Origin: Pseudomonadota bacterium
Lineage (GTDB): Bacteria; Pseudomonadota; Alphaproteobacteria; Rhizobiales; JAKPQE01
Assembly (NCBI GenBank): GCA_029572955.1
Contig: JAKPQE010000034.1
Span: 116,968 to 180,967, forward strand
Reading direction: 5' to 3'
DNA: 64,000 bases
The translations under genes and the position numbers were made by a program. The notes beneath the pieces were generated by a model. The model ran no database searches. It worked only from the letters and a program-made list of their open reading frames with translations, and was not told the origin of the DNA. Positions 8,210-18,980 of the stretch are shown in pieces (positions within the stretch are counted from its first letter, which is position 1; every line of letters starts with the position of its first letter).

Positions 8210-10384
8210 GTGACCGCAACAGCCGACATCGTCTCGGTGCTGGTGCCCCTCGCCATCGAGGGCACCTACAGCTATCGCGTGCCCGCCGGGCTGGCGCTGG
8301 CGCCGGGCGATATCGTCGAGGTGCCGGTCGGGCCGCGCAGCTATGTCGCCTGCGTCTGGGACGACCCGGCCGAGCCGATCGCGACGAGCCGGCTGAAGTC
8401 CGTCGCGGCCAAGTTCGATTGCCCGCCGCTGTCGGAAAACATGCGCCGCTTCGTCGACTGGGTGGCCAACTGGACTCTGGCGCCGAAGGGCATGGTGCTG
8501 CGCATGGTGCTGCGCGCCCCGGCAGCGCTCGAGCCGCCCGCCCCGCAGGTCGGCGTGCGCGCAACGGGCGAGGCTCCGGAACGACTGACCGATGCCCGCC
8601 GCCGCGTCCTCGACCTCATGGACGGCGGCCTTGCCTGGACGAAGCGCGGCCTTGCCGAGGCCGCCGGCGTCTCGCCCGGCGTCGTCGACGGCCTCGTCGC
8701 GCACGGCGCGCTCGAACTCGTCGAGCTGCCGCCGAAGCCGCTCTTTCCCCCGCTCGACCCGGACCATGCCCCACCCGACCTTTCCGACGGCCAGGGCGAG
8801 GCCGCCGGCCACCTCAGGGACAAGATCGCGGCCGACGCCTTCTCGGTCACCCTCGTCGACGGCGTCACCGGCTCGGGCAAGACCGAGGTCTATTTCGAGG
8901 CGATCGCCGAGGCGCTGCGCCGCAGGAAGCAGGTGCTGGTGCTCCTGCCGGAAATCGCGCTGACCCACGAATTCCTCGAGCGCTTCGACCGGCGCTTCGG
9001 CGCCCGGCCGGCCGAGTGGCATTCCGACCAGACCCCGGCGATGCGCGAGCGCATCTGGCGCGGCGTGATCTCCGGCGAGGTCCGCGCCGTCGTCGGCGCC
9101 CGCTCCGCCCTGTTCCTGCCGTTCCGCGACCTCGGCCTCATCGTCATCGACGAGGAACACGACATCGCCTACAAGCAGGAAGACCGCGTCGCCTACAATG
9201 CCCGCGACATGGCGGTGGTGCGCGGCCATCTCGCCGGCTTTCCGGTCGTGCTTTCCTCGGCGACGCCCTCGATCGAGAGCCGCAACAACGCCGATCGCGG
9301 CCGCTACGAGCGCATCGTGCTCGCCGAGCGCTTCAACAGCGGCACCGTCCCGCGCATCGAGGCGATCGACCTGCGCCGCGAGGCGCCGGAGCGCGGCCGC
9401 TTCCTCGCCCCGCGCCTCGTTTCCGAGATCGAGCGCACGCTCGGCGCCGGCGAACAGGCGCTGCTCTTCCTCAACCGTCGCGGCTATGCCCCGCTGACGC
9501 TCTGCCGCGCCTGCGGCCACCGCTTCGGCTGCCCGAACTGCTCGGCCTGGCTCGTCGACCACCGCTTCCGCGGCCGCCTCGTCTGCCATCATTGCGGCCA
9601 CGAGGAGCCGAAACCCCTCGCCTGTCCCGAATGCGGCGCCGAGGACAGCCTCGTTGCCTGCGGCCCCGGCGTCGAGCGCGTCGCCGAGGAGGTGAAGGCG
9701 CGCTTTCCCGACGCCCGCACCCTGGTGCTGTCGAGCGACCTGCCGGGCGGCGTGCGGCGCATGCGCATGGAGCTCGAATCCGTCGCCGCCGGCGAGGTCG
9801 ACATCATCGTCGGCACCCAGCTCGTCGCCAAGGGCCACAACTTCCCGGAACTCACCCTCGTCGGCGTCGTCGATGCCGATCTCGGCCTTGCCAATGGCGA
9901 CCCGCGCGCCGCCGAGCGCACTTTCCAGCTCCTCGCCCAGGTGACCGGACGCGCCGGCCGCGCCGGCCAGGTCGGCATCGGCTACGTCCAGACCCACGCG
10001 CCCGAGCACCCGGTGATCCAGGCCCTCGTCGCCGGCGACCGCGAGCGCTTCTACGAATACGAGATCGAGGCCCGCCGCGACGCCGGCCTGCCGCCGTTCG
10101 GCCGCCTCGCCAGCATCATCGTCTCGGCCGAGGACAGAAATGCCGCCCTCGCCTACGCCCGCGGCCTCGCGCGGGTCGCGCCCGTCGTCGACAAGGTCGC
10201 CGTGCTCGGTCCCGCCGAGGCGCCGCTCGCCATCGTGCGCGGCAAGTCGCGCTTCCGCCTCATCGTCCAGGCCGCCCTCGGCGTCGACCTGCAGGCCTAT
10301 CTGCGCCGCTGGCTCGCGCTCGCGCCACCGCCGCGCGGCGGCCTGCGCGTCGCCGTCGACGTCGATCCGCAGAGCTTCCTCTGA
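8210..10384 (+). CDS. priA: primosomal protein N' (replication restart helicase)
   Basis: 724 aa, GTG start. Walker A GVTGSGKTEV, DEEH box VIDEEHD, Cys-rich zinc region CRACGHRFGCPNCSAWLVDH...CHHCGH...CPECG. Confidence 0.92.
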   Translation: MTATADIVSVLVPLAIEGTYSYRVPAGLALAPGDIVEVPVGPRSYVACVWDDPAEPIATSRLKSVAAKFDCPPLSENMRRFVDWVANWTLAPKGMVLRMVLRAPAALEPPAPQVGVRATGEAPERLTDARRRVLDLMDGGLAWTKRGLAEAAGVSPGVVDGLVAHGALELVELPPKPLFPPLDPDHAPPDLSDGQGEAAGHLRDKIAADAFSVTLVDGVTGSGKTEVYFEAIAEALRRRKQVLVLLPEIALTHEFLERFDRRFGARPAEWHSDQTPAMRERIWRGVISGEVRAVVGARSALFLPFRDLGLIVIDEEHDIAYKQEDRVAYNARDMAVVRGHLAGFPVVLSSATPSIESRNNADRGRYERIVLAERFNSGTVPRIEAIDLRREAPERGRFLAPRLVSEIERTLGAGEQALLFLNRRGYAPLTLCRACGHRFGCPNCSAWLVDHRFRGRLVCHHCGHEEPKPLACPECGAEDSLVACGPGVERVAEEVKARFPDARTLVLSSDLPGGVRRMRMELESVAAGEVDIIVGTQLVAKGHNFPELTLVGVVDADLGLANGDPRAAERTFQLLAQVTGRAGRAGQVGIGYVQTHAPEHPVIQALVAGDRERFYEYEIEARRDAGLPPFGRLASIIVSAEDRNAALAYARGLARVAPVVDKVAVLGPAEAPLAIVRGKSRFRLIVQAALGVDLQAYLRRWLALAPPPRGGLRVAVDVDPQSFL

Positions 10385-10399
10385 GAGACCGGAAGCGGT

Positions 10400-11446
10400 T
10401 CAGGCGGCGCGGGCGAAAAGGCCGGCACCGACCTGGCCCGACGGATCGGCCGAGACGACCAGCACCGGGCCGCGGATGTCGTGCTTCTCGTCATAGGCAA
10501 GGCCGGCGAGCGTCTGCACCAGATTGAGGCCGCTCATCGTATTGCCGACGAAAGGAACGACCTCGAGGAGATTCGGCCGCGACCGGAAGAAGGTCGCCTC
10601 GACCGCCGCCGCCTCGTAGGCATCGACCAGCGGATGACCGAGACCGGAGGTGATCACCGTCGAGACGTCGCTCGCCTTGATGCCGGATTTCGCGAAAAGC
10701 TCGGTCAGGCGACCGACCAGCCGGCGCGGCGCCGCCTTCTCGGCGACCGCCGGATCGTGGTCGACGACGCAGCCGAGCACTTCGGCATGGATCCGGCGAC
10801 CGCCGACCCGGGCGTGGCTCTCGTCCTCGAGCACGAGGAAGACGCCGCATTCGGTCAGCGCCGCCCGCTTGCCGGTCGCGGCATTGCCGTCCCCGCCGCG
10901 CCGTGCCGAGGCCGGAAGCTCCTCGCCGGCACCGACCAGCAGCGTATGGGCGTGGCCCGCTTCCATCTCGTCGAGCGCCCGGCGCAACGCCAGCAGGCCG
11001 GAGAGATAGCCGCCGCTCACCTTGGCCGTCAGCGAGCGCATCCGGTACCAGATATCGCACATGCCGACCGGTGCGGGCAGCCTGAGGTTGACCGGGTTGG
11101 TCGCCGCGGCGAGGCAGATCGGACAGGGGCAGATCGAATCGGTCACCGCCGCCGCCAGCAGGGCGACCGAGGCATGGTGCGAGGCAAGCACGATGCCGAG
11201 CCGCTCGGCGGAGAGCTTCGCGATCTCGAGACCGGCATCGGCAAGGGCGGCCCGCGCCGCCTCGGCCGCGAGCGCCGTTCCGCGATCGAGGGCGCCCCGC
11301 TTGGTCGCGCCGTCCGGGGCCTCACCGGAAAAACCGGAGACCGCGCCGGTCCGGCCCGGCAGCCCGGTGTCGAAACCCGTGGCAAGGGCGTCGGGCGTCC
11401 GCCCGCCGGGCGAAATCAGCCCCCTGCCGGTGACGAATGCTTTCAT
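10400..11446 (-). CDS. beta-ketoacyl synthase-like protein, catalytic triad apparently degenerate
   Basis: ORF 10400..11458, start ATG 11446 (MKAFVTGRGLISPGG, KAS I/II-like N-terminus). Thiolase-fold blocks are recognisable, but the expected ACATS Cys region reads SLTAKVSGG and the two His motifs read TSGLGHP and VGNTMSGLN. Contains a CPCPIC insertion. Confidence 0.6.
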   Translation of the reverse strand: MKAFVTGRGLISPGGRTPDALATGFDTGLPGRTGAVSGFSGEAPDGATKRGALDRGTALAAEAARAALADAGLEIAKLSAERLGIVLASHHASVALLAAAVTDSICPCPICLAAATNPVNLRLPAPVGMCDIWYRMRSLTAKVSGGYLSGLLALRRALDEMEAGHAHTLLVGAGEELPASARRGGDGNAATGKRAALTECGVFLVLEDESHARVGGRRIHAEVLGCVVDHDPAVAEKAAPRRLVGRLTELFAKSGIKASDVSTVITSGLGHPLVDAYEAAAVEATFFRSRPNLLEVVPFVGNTMSGLNLVQTLAGLAYDEKHDIRGPVLVVSADPSGQVGAGLFARAA

Positions 11447-11890
11447 GGCCGATACCACTCCGCAAGCGGTAGGACTTGGCAGATACTCTCCAAGCGAGCA
11501 CTATCCACGCCAATTCACCCGAAATCCCTTCCGTCACGTAACTGAATGTAACTAGACGTTCGCATTAAGCCCGCAGGAAGTCGCAGAACTATTCTGGACC
11601 ACCTTTCGTCTGGAAATATTACAGAAAGTAAGTCGTAAATGATTGGTTTTAGACTGATATGAACTATGAGATTTCAGGGGGCGCAGGGAGCGAGATCAAC
11701 CCTGCCCCTTCGGGAAAGTTGCCGATTGTCAACGCGATCGCGTCAGACTAGACAAGGGCCGCGATCGCGGGCGGCGGGGCCTTGAAAGGAACCTCGCCGA
11801 TCCCGATCTGGAGCCGGAGGCCCCGCCGAACGGCCCCATTGCCCCCGCGGCCCGGCCCCTTCGAGTGCGAAACATCCTCGCGAGACAATC

Positions 11891-12601
11891 ATGACCTCAC
11901 TCATCGACGGCCTTGTCGCCCTGTCGCAGGTCGTCCTCATCGATGTCGTGCTGGCGGCCGACAACGCGGTCGTCGTCGGCATGGCGGCCGCCGGCATCGC
12001 CCCGGCCCTGCGCCGGCGGGCGATCTTCTGGGGCATCGCCGCGGCCGTCGTGCTGCGCATCTTCTTTGCCGCGATCACCACCGAGCTGATGGCCGTCGTC
12101 GGCCTGACGCTCGCCGGCGGCATCCTCCTGCTCTGGGTGTGCTGGAAGATGTGGCGCGAGATCAAGAGTTCGGCCGGGCACGCCGCCGCCGAGGCGGTCG
12201 CCCCGGAGCCGTCCTTCGCCCTTGCTTCCACCGGCAGCGTCGTCACCGCCGGCACCGGCGGCAAGACCTTCGCCCAGGCGATGGTGCAGATCGTCCTTGC
12301 CGACGTGTCGATGTCGCTCGACAACGTGCTGGCCGTGGCCGGCGCCGCCCACGGCCACCTCACCGTCCTCGTCTTCGGGCTGACGCTGTCGGTGGTCCTG
12401 ATGGGCGTTGCGGCGAGCTACATCGCCGACCTCCTCGAGCGCCACCGCTGGATCGCCTGGGTCGGCCTCCTCGTCATCCTCTATGTCGCGCTCGAAATGA
12501 TCTGGCGCGGCGCCGGCGAGATCGCCTGCGCCGGCGGCGCCGGCGACGAGGTCTGCCGCAACGGCCTCGTCGCCCCCCTGCGCGCCATGACGGGCTGGTA
12601 G
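11891..12601 (+). CDS. TerC/YjbE family integral membrane protein
   Basis: 236 aa. LIDVVLAADNAVVVG and MSLDNVLAVAGAA are duplicated TerC-type motifs. Multiple TM helices. Confidence 0.85.
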   Translation: MTSLIDGLVALSQVVLIDVVLAADNAVVVGMAAAGIAPALRRRAIFWGIAAAVVLRIFFAAITTELMAVVGLTLAGGILLLWVCWKMWREIKSSAGHAAAEAVAPEPSFALASTGSVVTAGTGGKTFAQAMVQIVLADVSMSLDNVLAVAGAAHGHLTVLVFGLTLSVVLMGVAASYIADLLERHRWIAWVGLLVILYVALEMIWRGAGEIACAGGAGDEVCRNGLVAPLRAMTGW

Positions 12602-12726
12602 CCGGCGCCCCGGCACGGCGGCGGCATCGCGCCGCGCGGCCCGGATTGGCCCGGCCGGTCGCGGCGAACGGCCTTGCACGCGCCGCGTTTCCGTTGTCAG
12701 GTCTCCCCGGCTCGATTTTTCCAAGG

Positions 12727-13944
12727 ATGGGATCCATGATTCGGAAGACCGCCCGCGCCGTCGCGTTTCTCGCCGCCCTCGCCGCCACGACCGCGAGCCC
12801 GGCCCTCGCCGCCTGCAGCAACCAGGGCAACTTCGGCGACTGGCTGGCCGGCTTCAAGGCCGACGCCGCCGCCGCCGGGATATCGAAGGGCACGATCGAG
12901 GCCGCCCTTGCCGGCGTCTCCTTCGACCAGTCGGTGATCGGCAAGGATCGCGCCCAGAAGGTGTTCTCGCAGACCTTCCTCGAATTCTCCGACCGCATGG
13001 TCGCCGACTATCGCCTGAAGCAGGGCGCCCAGCTGCTCAAGAAATACGGCGGTACCTTTGCCCGCATCGAGGACGAATTCGGCGTGCCCGGCGAGGTCGT
13101 CACCGCCTTCTGGGCCCTCGAGACCGACTTCGGCGCCAATATCGGCGACATGCAGACGCTGCGCTCGCTGGCGACGCTCGCCTATGACTGCCGCCGCCCG
13201 GAAATGTTCCACGAGCAGCTGATCGACGCCCTGAAGATCATCGATCGCGGCGACCTGAGGCCGGAAGAGATGCGCGGCCCCTGGGCCGGCGAACTCGGCC
13301 AGCTGCAGTTCCTGCCCTCGCACTATCTCGACTATGGCGTCGACTATGACGGCGACGGCCGCCGCAACCTCCTGAAGAGTTCGCCGGACGCCCTCGCCTC
13401 GGCCGCCAATTACCTGTCGAAGCTCGGCTGGCGCCGCGGCGAGCCCTGGCTGGAGGAAGTGAAGGCCCCCGCCGGCCTCGACTGGGCCGAGGCCGACCTC
13501 ACCGTCGAGCATCCGCGCTCGCAATGGGCCGCCTGGGGCGTGACCCGCGCCGACGGCAAGCCGATCGCCGCCGACGGCATGAAGGCCTCGCTGCTCCTGC
13601 CGATGGGCAAGGACGGCCCGGCCTTCCTCGCCTATCCGAATTTCCGCGTCTATTTCGAGTGGAACCAGTCGCTGGTCTATTCGACGACCGCCGCCTATCT
13701 CGCCACCCGCTATACCGGCGCCGGCAAGGTGCGCCGTGGCAATGGCGCCGAATCCCTCGCCTTTGCCGAGATCAAGGAACTGCAGCAGCGCCTGCAGGAC
13801 CGCGGCTTCGACGTCGGCGGCGTCGACGGCTTCATCGGCGAGAAGACCCGCGCCGCGGTGAAGGCGGTGCAGAAGGAGGCCGGCATGGCGCCGGATTCCT
13901 GGCCGACCCCGGCGCTGCTCGCCCGCCTGCGCGCCGGCAAGTAG
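12727..13944 (+). CDS. lytic murein transglycosylase (MltB family) with C-terminal peptidoglycan-binding domain
   Basis: Real part of ORF 11782..13944. Start ATG 12727 or 12736 (MGSMIRKTARAVAFLAALA signal). Motifs WALETDFG and GQLQFLPS. C-terminal PG-binding repeat LQDRGFDVGGVDGFIGEKTRAAVKAVQ. Confidence 0.85.
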   Translation: MGSMIRKTARAVAFLAALAATTASPALAACSNQGNFGDWLAGFKADAAAAGISKGTIEAALAGVSFDQSVIGKDRAQKVFSQTFLEFSDRMVADYRLKQGAQLLKKYGGTFARIEDEFGVPGEVVTAFWALETDFGANIGDMQTLRSLATLAYDCRRPEMFHEQLIDALKIIDRGDLRPEEMRGPWAGELGQLQFLPSHYLDYGVDYDGDGRRNLLKSSPDALASAANYLSKLGWRRGEPWLEEVKAPAGLDWAEADLTVEHPRSQWAAWGVTRADGKPIAADGMKASLLLPMGKDGPAFLAYPNFRVYFEWNQSLVYSTTAAYLATRYTGAGKVRRGNGAESLAFAEIKELQQRLQDRGFDVGGVDGFIGEKTRAAVKAVQKEAGMAPDSWPTPALLARLRAGK

Positions 13945-13954
13945 GCGCCCCCCC

Positions 13955-14737
13955 GTGCGGCTCGCCGCCAACCTCACCATGATGTTCGGGGAAGTCCCCT
14001 TCCTCGAACGCTTCGCGGCCGCCGCCGGGGCCGGCTTTGCCGGCGTCGAGTTCCTCTTTCCCTACGACCATGCCGCGGAGGCGGTGGCGGCCGCCGCCGC
14101 CGCGGCCGGCGTCGAGGTCGTGCTTTTCAACCTGCCGCCCGGCGACTGGGCCGCCGGCGAGCGCGGCATGGCGGCGATCCCCGGCCGCGAGGCCGAATTC
14201 TCGGCAAGCCTCGAGGAGGCCCTCGACTACGCCCGCGCACTGAAGGTGCCGCGCCTTCATGCCATGGCCGGCGTCACCGAGGGTCTCGACGGCGCCGCCT
14301 GCCGGGCGACCTATGCGGCAAATCTCGCCCGCGCCGCGGCGCGTCTCGCCGAAGACCGCATCGACCTTCTGATCGAGCCGCTCAATCCGCGCGACATGCC
14401 GGGCTATTTCCTCAGGCGGACGGCCGACGCCCTCGCGATCATTGCCGAAATCGGCGCCCCGAACCTGAAACTCCAGTTCGACGTCTACCACCGCCAGATC
14501 GTCGAGGGCGACGTCATCCGCGGCCTCGAAGCCGCCTTCCCCCGGATCGGTCACGTCCAGATCGCCTCGGTGCCGGACCGCCACGAGCCGGACGAGGGCG
14601 AGCTTTGCTATGCGGCGGTGTTCCGCCGCCTCGCCGAACTCGGCTATGACGGCTGGATCGGCTGCGAATACCGGCCGCGCGGCGCGACCCTCGACGGGCT
14701 TTCCTGGCGCGGCACGCTGCTGCCGCACCGCTCCTGA
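13955..14737 (+). CDS. hyi: hydroxypyruvate isomerase family protein (TIM barrel)
   Basis: 260 aa, GTG start. MRLAANLTMMFGEVPFLERF...GFAGVEFLFPY...IEPLNPRDMPGYFL...QFDVYHRQIVEGD. Confidence 0.8.
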   Translation: MRLAANLTMMFGEVPFLERFAAAAGAGFAGVEFLFPYDHAAEAVAAAAAAAGVEVVLFNLPPGDWAAGERGMAAIPGREAEFSASLEEALDYARALKVPRLHAMAGVTEGLDGAACRATYAANLARAAARLAEDRIDLLIEPLNPRDMPGYFLRRTADALAIIAEIGAPNLKLQFDVYHRQIVEGDVIRGLEAAFPRIGHVQIASVPDRHEPDEGELCYAAVFRRLAELGYDGWIGCEYRPRGATLDGLSWRGTLLPHRS

Positions 14738-14969
14738 GAACCCGATCGAACGCGAAGCGTTTTGCCAAGCGCGACCGCGCGCCGGCCGGTCAGGCCGCAC
14801 TTCTCGCAGCCGGTGAGCGCAGCGAACCCGGCGTGAGGAGAAAACACCGCGCCAGCGGTTACCATCTGGTGCGAAAGGCACCTCGCCGGCCGCGCCAAAC
14901 CTTGCGGCTCGCCGCCCGCTTGTCTACATGAGGCCAAACGCAACAGCCTGACGGAATGGATTCTCCCCG

Positions 14970-15260
14970 ATGCGCGCCATTCTCGACGTGATCCTCATCG
15001 CTCTCGACCTTTATGTCTGGATCATCATCATCTCGGCGGTGCTGAGCTGGCTGGTGGCCTTCAACGTCGTCAACACGCGCAATCAGCTCGTCTCCACGAT
15101 CTACGAGGCCGTCTATCGCCTGACCGAGCCGGCGCTGCGCCCGATCCGGAGCTTCATGCCCAATCTCGGCGGCCTCGACATTTCGCCGATCGTGCTGCTG
15201 CTCGCCATTTTCCTCGTGCAGCGGGTCATCATGTACAACATCTACCCGCTGGTGATGTGA
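14970..15260 (+). CDS. yggT: YggT family membrane protein
   Basis: 96 aa. [17 protein letters not shown]...[10 protein letters not shown]...GGLDISPIV, typical YggT. Confidence 0.8.
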   Translation: MRAILDVILIALDLYVWIIIISAVLSWLVAFNVVNTRNQLVSTIYEAVYRLTEPALRPIRSFMPNLGGLDISPIVLLLAIFLVQRVIMYNIYPLVM

Positions 15261-15598
15261 GCGAGCTTCCCTACCGCGCCACCGCGACCGGCCTCCTCCT
15301 CGAGGTTCGCCTGACGCCGAACGCCGCCCGCGACGCCGTCGAGGGGCTGGAGACGCTGGCCGACGGCAAGACGGTGCTGATCGCCCGGGTGCGCGCCGTG
15401 CCGGAAAAGGGTGCGGCGAACAAGGCTCTGGAAAAGGCGCTCGCGGCGCTGTTTTCTCTTCCCAAATCGAAGGTCGAGGTGGTCAAAGGACTGACCGCCC
15501 GGCAAAAGACCGTGGCGATCGCCGGCGGCGCGGACGAACTCGCCGCGCGGCTGGTGGAATATTTGCGTCGGGCTGGCGAGAAGGAGACGAAGCGATGA
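15257..15598 (+). CDS. DUF167 (YggU) family protein
   Basis: 113 aa, start overlaps the yggT stop. [16 protein letters not shown]...[21 protein letters not shown]...[14 protein letters not shown]. Confidence 0.75.
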   Translation: MSELPYRATATGLLLEVRLTPNAARDAVEGLETLADGKTVLIARVRAVPEKGAANKALEKALAALFSLPKSKVEVVKGLTARQKTVAIAGGADELAARLVEYLRRAGEKETKR

Positions 15599-16491
15599 GC
15601 GCGACATTGATCGACGGCAAGGCGCGGGCCGAGCGGCTGCGCGCCGACGTGGCGACCGCCGTCGCTGCCCTCAAAGCGGCCCACGGCGTCCAGCCGGGCC
15701 TTGCCGCCGTGCTCGTCGGCGACGATCCGGCGAGCCATGTCTATGTCGCCAACAAGGTCCGCCAGACCGCGGAAGCCGGCATGCAGTCGTTCGAGCATCG
15801 CCTGCCGGCCGACACCAGCGAGGCCGACCTGCTCGCTCTCGTCGAAAAGCTCAACGCCGACGAGACGGTCGACGGCATCCTCGTGCAGATGCCGCTGCCG
15901 AAACATATCGACAGCGACCGCATCGTCATGGCCATCGATCCGGCCAAGGACGTCGACGGCCTCCACCCGCAGAACGCCGGTCTCATCGTGCTCGGCCGCC
16001 CGGGCCTCGTGCCGTGCACGCCGCAGGGCTGCGTCATCCTCGCCGAGGAGGCGATGGGCGACCTTTCCGGCGTCGACGCCCTCGTCATCGGCCGCTCGAT
16101 CCTCGTCGGCAAGCCGGTCGCGCTCCTGCTGCAGAACAAGAACGCCACCGTGACCATGGCCCATTCCCGCACCCGCGACCTTGCCGGCCTCTGCCGCAAG
16201 GCCGACCTCGTCGTCGCCGCCGTCGGCCGGCCGAAGATGGTGCGCGGCGACTGGCTGAAGCCCGGCGCCTGCGTCATCGATGTCGGCATCAACCGCGTTC
16301 CGGCCCCGGAAAAGGGCGAGGGCAAGACCCGCCTCGTCGGCGACGTCGACTTCGCCGAGGCCGTCGAGGTCGCCGGCTCGATCACGCCGGTGCCCGGCGG
16401 CGTCGGCCCGATGACCATCGCCTGCCTCCTTGCCAATACCGCGAAGGCCGCCGCGCTGCGCCGCGGCCTGCCCGTCCCGGCCGGCGTCTGA
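15595..16491 (+). CDS. folD: bifunctional methylenetetrahydrofolate dehydrogenase/methenyl-THF cyclohydrolase
   Basis: 298 aa. [49 protein letters not shown]. Start overlaps the DUF167 stop. Confidence 0.93.
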   Translation: MSATLIDGKARAERLRADVATAVAALKAAHGVQPGLAAVLVGDDPASHVYVANKVRQTAEAGMQSFEHRLPADTSEADLLALVEKLNADETVDGILVQMPLPKHIDSDRIVMAIDPAKDVDGLHPQNAGLIVLGRPGLVPCTPQGCVILAEEAMGDLSGVDALVIGRSILVGKPVALLLQNKNATVTMAHSRTRDLAGLCRKADLVVAAVGRPKMVRGDWLKPGACVIDVGINRVPAPEKGEGKTRLVGDVDFAEAVEVAGSITPVPGGVGPMTIACLLANTAKAAALRRGLPVPAGV

Positions 16492-16520
16492 TCCCGCTCG
16501 ACGGCTTTCCCGAGCAAGGA

Positions 16521-16632
16521 TGCCCCCTCACCCTGTCCCTCTCCCCCAAGGGGGCGAGGGAACGCGGGGCGCCGGCGCAAACGCCGGAAAGCCTTCTCCC
16601 CCTGGGGGGAGAAGGTTGGATGAGGGGGGACA
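16521..16632. repeat. REP-like GC-rich hairpin repeat cluster (family 1, locus b)
   Basis: ccctctcccccaagggggcgaggga and ccggaaagccttctccccctggggggagaaggttggatgagggggg. Same orientation and unit order as 7251-7397. Lies between the convergent folD and argG. Confidence 0.7.
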
Positions 16633-16726
16633 TGAACCGAAAAGCGAGAAGGCCGCGCCGGTTGCCCGACGCGGCCACATTGGTCCCCCTCGCCCCATTG
16701 GCGAGAGGCGCTGGGCTGCGAACGCC

Positions 16727-17956
<1,230 letters not shown>

Positions 17957-18079
17957 TGCCGTTTTCCTTGTCTGAAGGGGCGCACCGCCCCCTTTTCGGA
18001 CCCTCCTCGGGCCCGCCCGAATTCGCGCCGCACTATAGGCGGACGGGGCCGGGGTGCAAGAGGGATGGGTGGGGAGAGT

Positions 18080-18175
18080 CGTAGGGTGCGTTAGCCGCGT
18101 CAGCGGCGTAACGCACCATCCAGACCTGCCGCAAACCCGAACGGTGCGTTACGCCCTTCAGGCTAACGCACCCTA
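18080..18175. repeat. REP doublet (left)
   Basis: gtagggtgcgttagcc...ggcgtaacgcacc...ggtgcgttacgcc...ggctaacgcaccctac, nested inverted repeats. Near-identical to 18786-18881. Confidence 0.85.
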
Positions 18176-18180
18176 CGGTG

Positions 18181-18711
18181 CTAGCGCTCCCCGAATCCAC
18201 TCCCGTCGTCCGAGTCACCGGCCCAATCACATGGGAACAGCCCCGCGCGGACATCCCTGTGGAACGAGGAATAGGGCCAGTCGGCGACGCGCTTCACATG
18301 CCCATGCTTGACGGGATTGATGTAGCAATAATCGACATGGCGCCAGAAATCCGCCTCATCACGGATGGCATGATCCCAGAACCGTCGCTGCCAGATGCCC
18401 CGTTCCTTTCGCGCGCTCCGCGATGCCGACACGGGTTCGACATCGGCAACGGACTTCGAAAAATGGGATTTGATCAATCGCCACCGCACCGAGATACCGG
18501 TATCTCCGAATGGAAGCGTCCAGACGGCATGGATGTGGTCAGGCAGAACCACGAAGGCGTCGATCGAGAACGGAAATCGCACTTGGCATTTCCGGGTAGC
18601 CGATCTCAAACCCAAAATGTTTTCAGTAAGCAATCGACTGCTTCGGTCGCGGAGATTGACCGTGAAGAACCAGCTCGCCCCTTCGATCGTCGGTCGGATG
18701 TAGTTCGGCAT
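18181..18711 (-). CDS. REP-associated tyrosine transposase (RAYT, IS200/IS605 Y1 HUH family)
   Basis: ORF 18181..18777 trimmed to ATG 18711 (MPNYIRP). HUH motif LPDHIHAV and catalytic-Tyr helix YCYINPVKHG. Visibly lower GC than its neighbours. Confidence 0.85.
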   Translation of the reverse strand: MPNYIRPTIEGASWFFTVNLRDRSSRLLTENILGLRSATRKCQVRFPFSIDAFVVLPDHIHAVWTLPFGDTGISVRWRLIKSHFSKSVADVEPVSASRSARKERGIWQRRFWDHAIRDEADFWRHVDYCYINPVKHGHVKRVADWPYSSFHRDVRAGLFPCDWAGDSDDGSGFGER

Positions 18712-18785
18712 AGATCGAGAATAGACGATGCCCGGGAGTGCCGCGAGAGGCCAGGCCACTGCCCCCTTCGGCTGCACCTTGCGCC

Positions 18786-18881
18786 GTAGGGTGCATTAGC
18801 CGCGGGAGCGGCGTAACGCACCGTCCAGCCCTGCCGCAAACCCGAACGGTGCGTTACGCCCTTCAGGCTAACGCACCCTAC
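18786..18881. repeat. REP doublet (right)
   Basis: gtagggtgcattagcc...ggcgtaacgcacc...ggtgcgttacgcc...ggctaacgcaccctac, a direct copy of 18080-18175. Confidence 0.85.
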
Positions 18882-18980
18882 GCTTCTGACCTCCCTCTCT
18901 GTCATCGCCCCCATTGACCCTACCCCTGCATTCCTGTCCGATTGCCTCCTCAACGGGGTGGCAACGACGGGAGCCAACCA

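Larger units (their letters stand above)
18080..18881 (-). mobile_element. RAYT unit: REP doublet - rayT - REP doublet
   Basis: An IS200/IS605-like Y1 transposase gene bracketed by two 96-bp direct copies of a composite palindromic element (18080-18175 and 18786-18881). Inserted between argG and an SDR gene. Confidence 0.8.

Noticed and set aside
7214-10527. Very long ORFs (931 aa on the minus strand, 1087 aa on the plus strand) overlapping priA and fsa
   Set aside because: The translations are Arg/Ala/Gly/Pro-rich and match no family. They overlap strongly supported genes (priA, fsa) in other frames. This is the typical high-GC artefact caused by the scarcity of stop codons.
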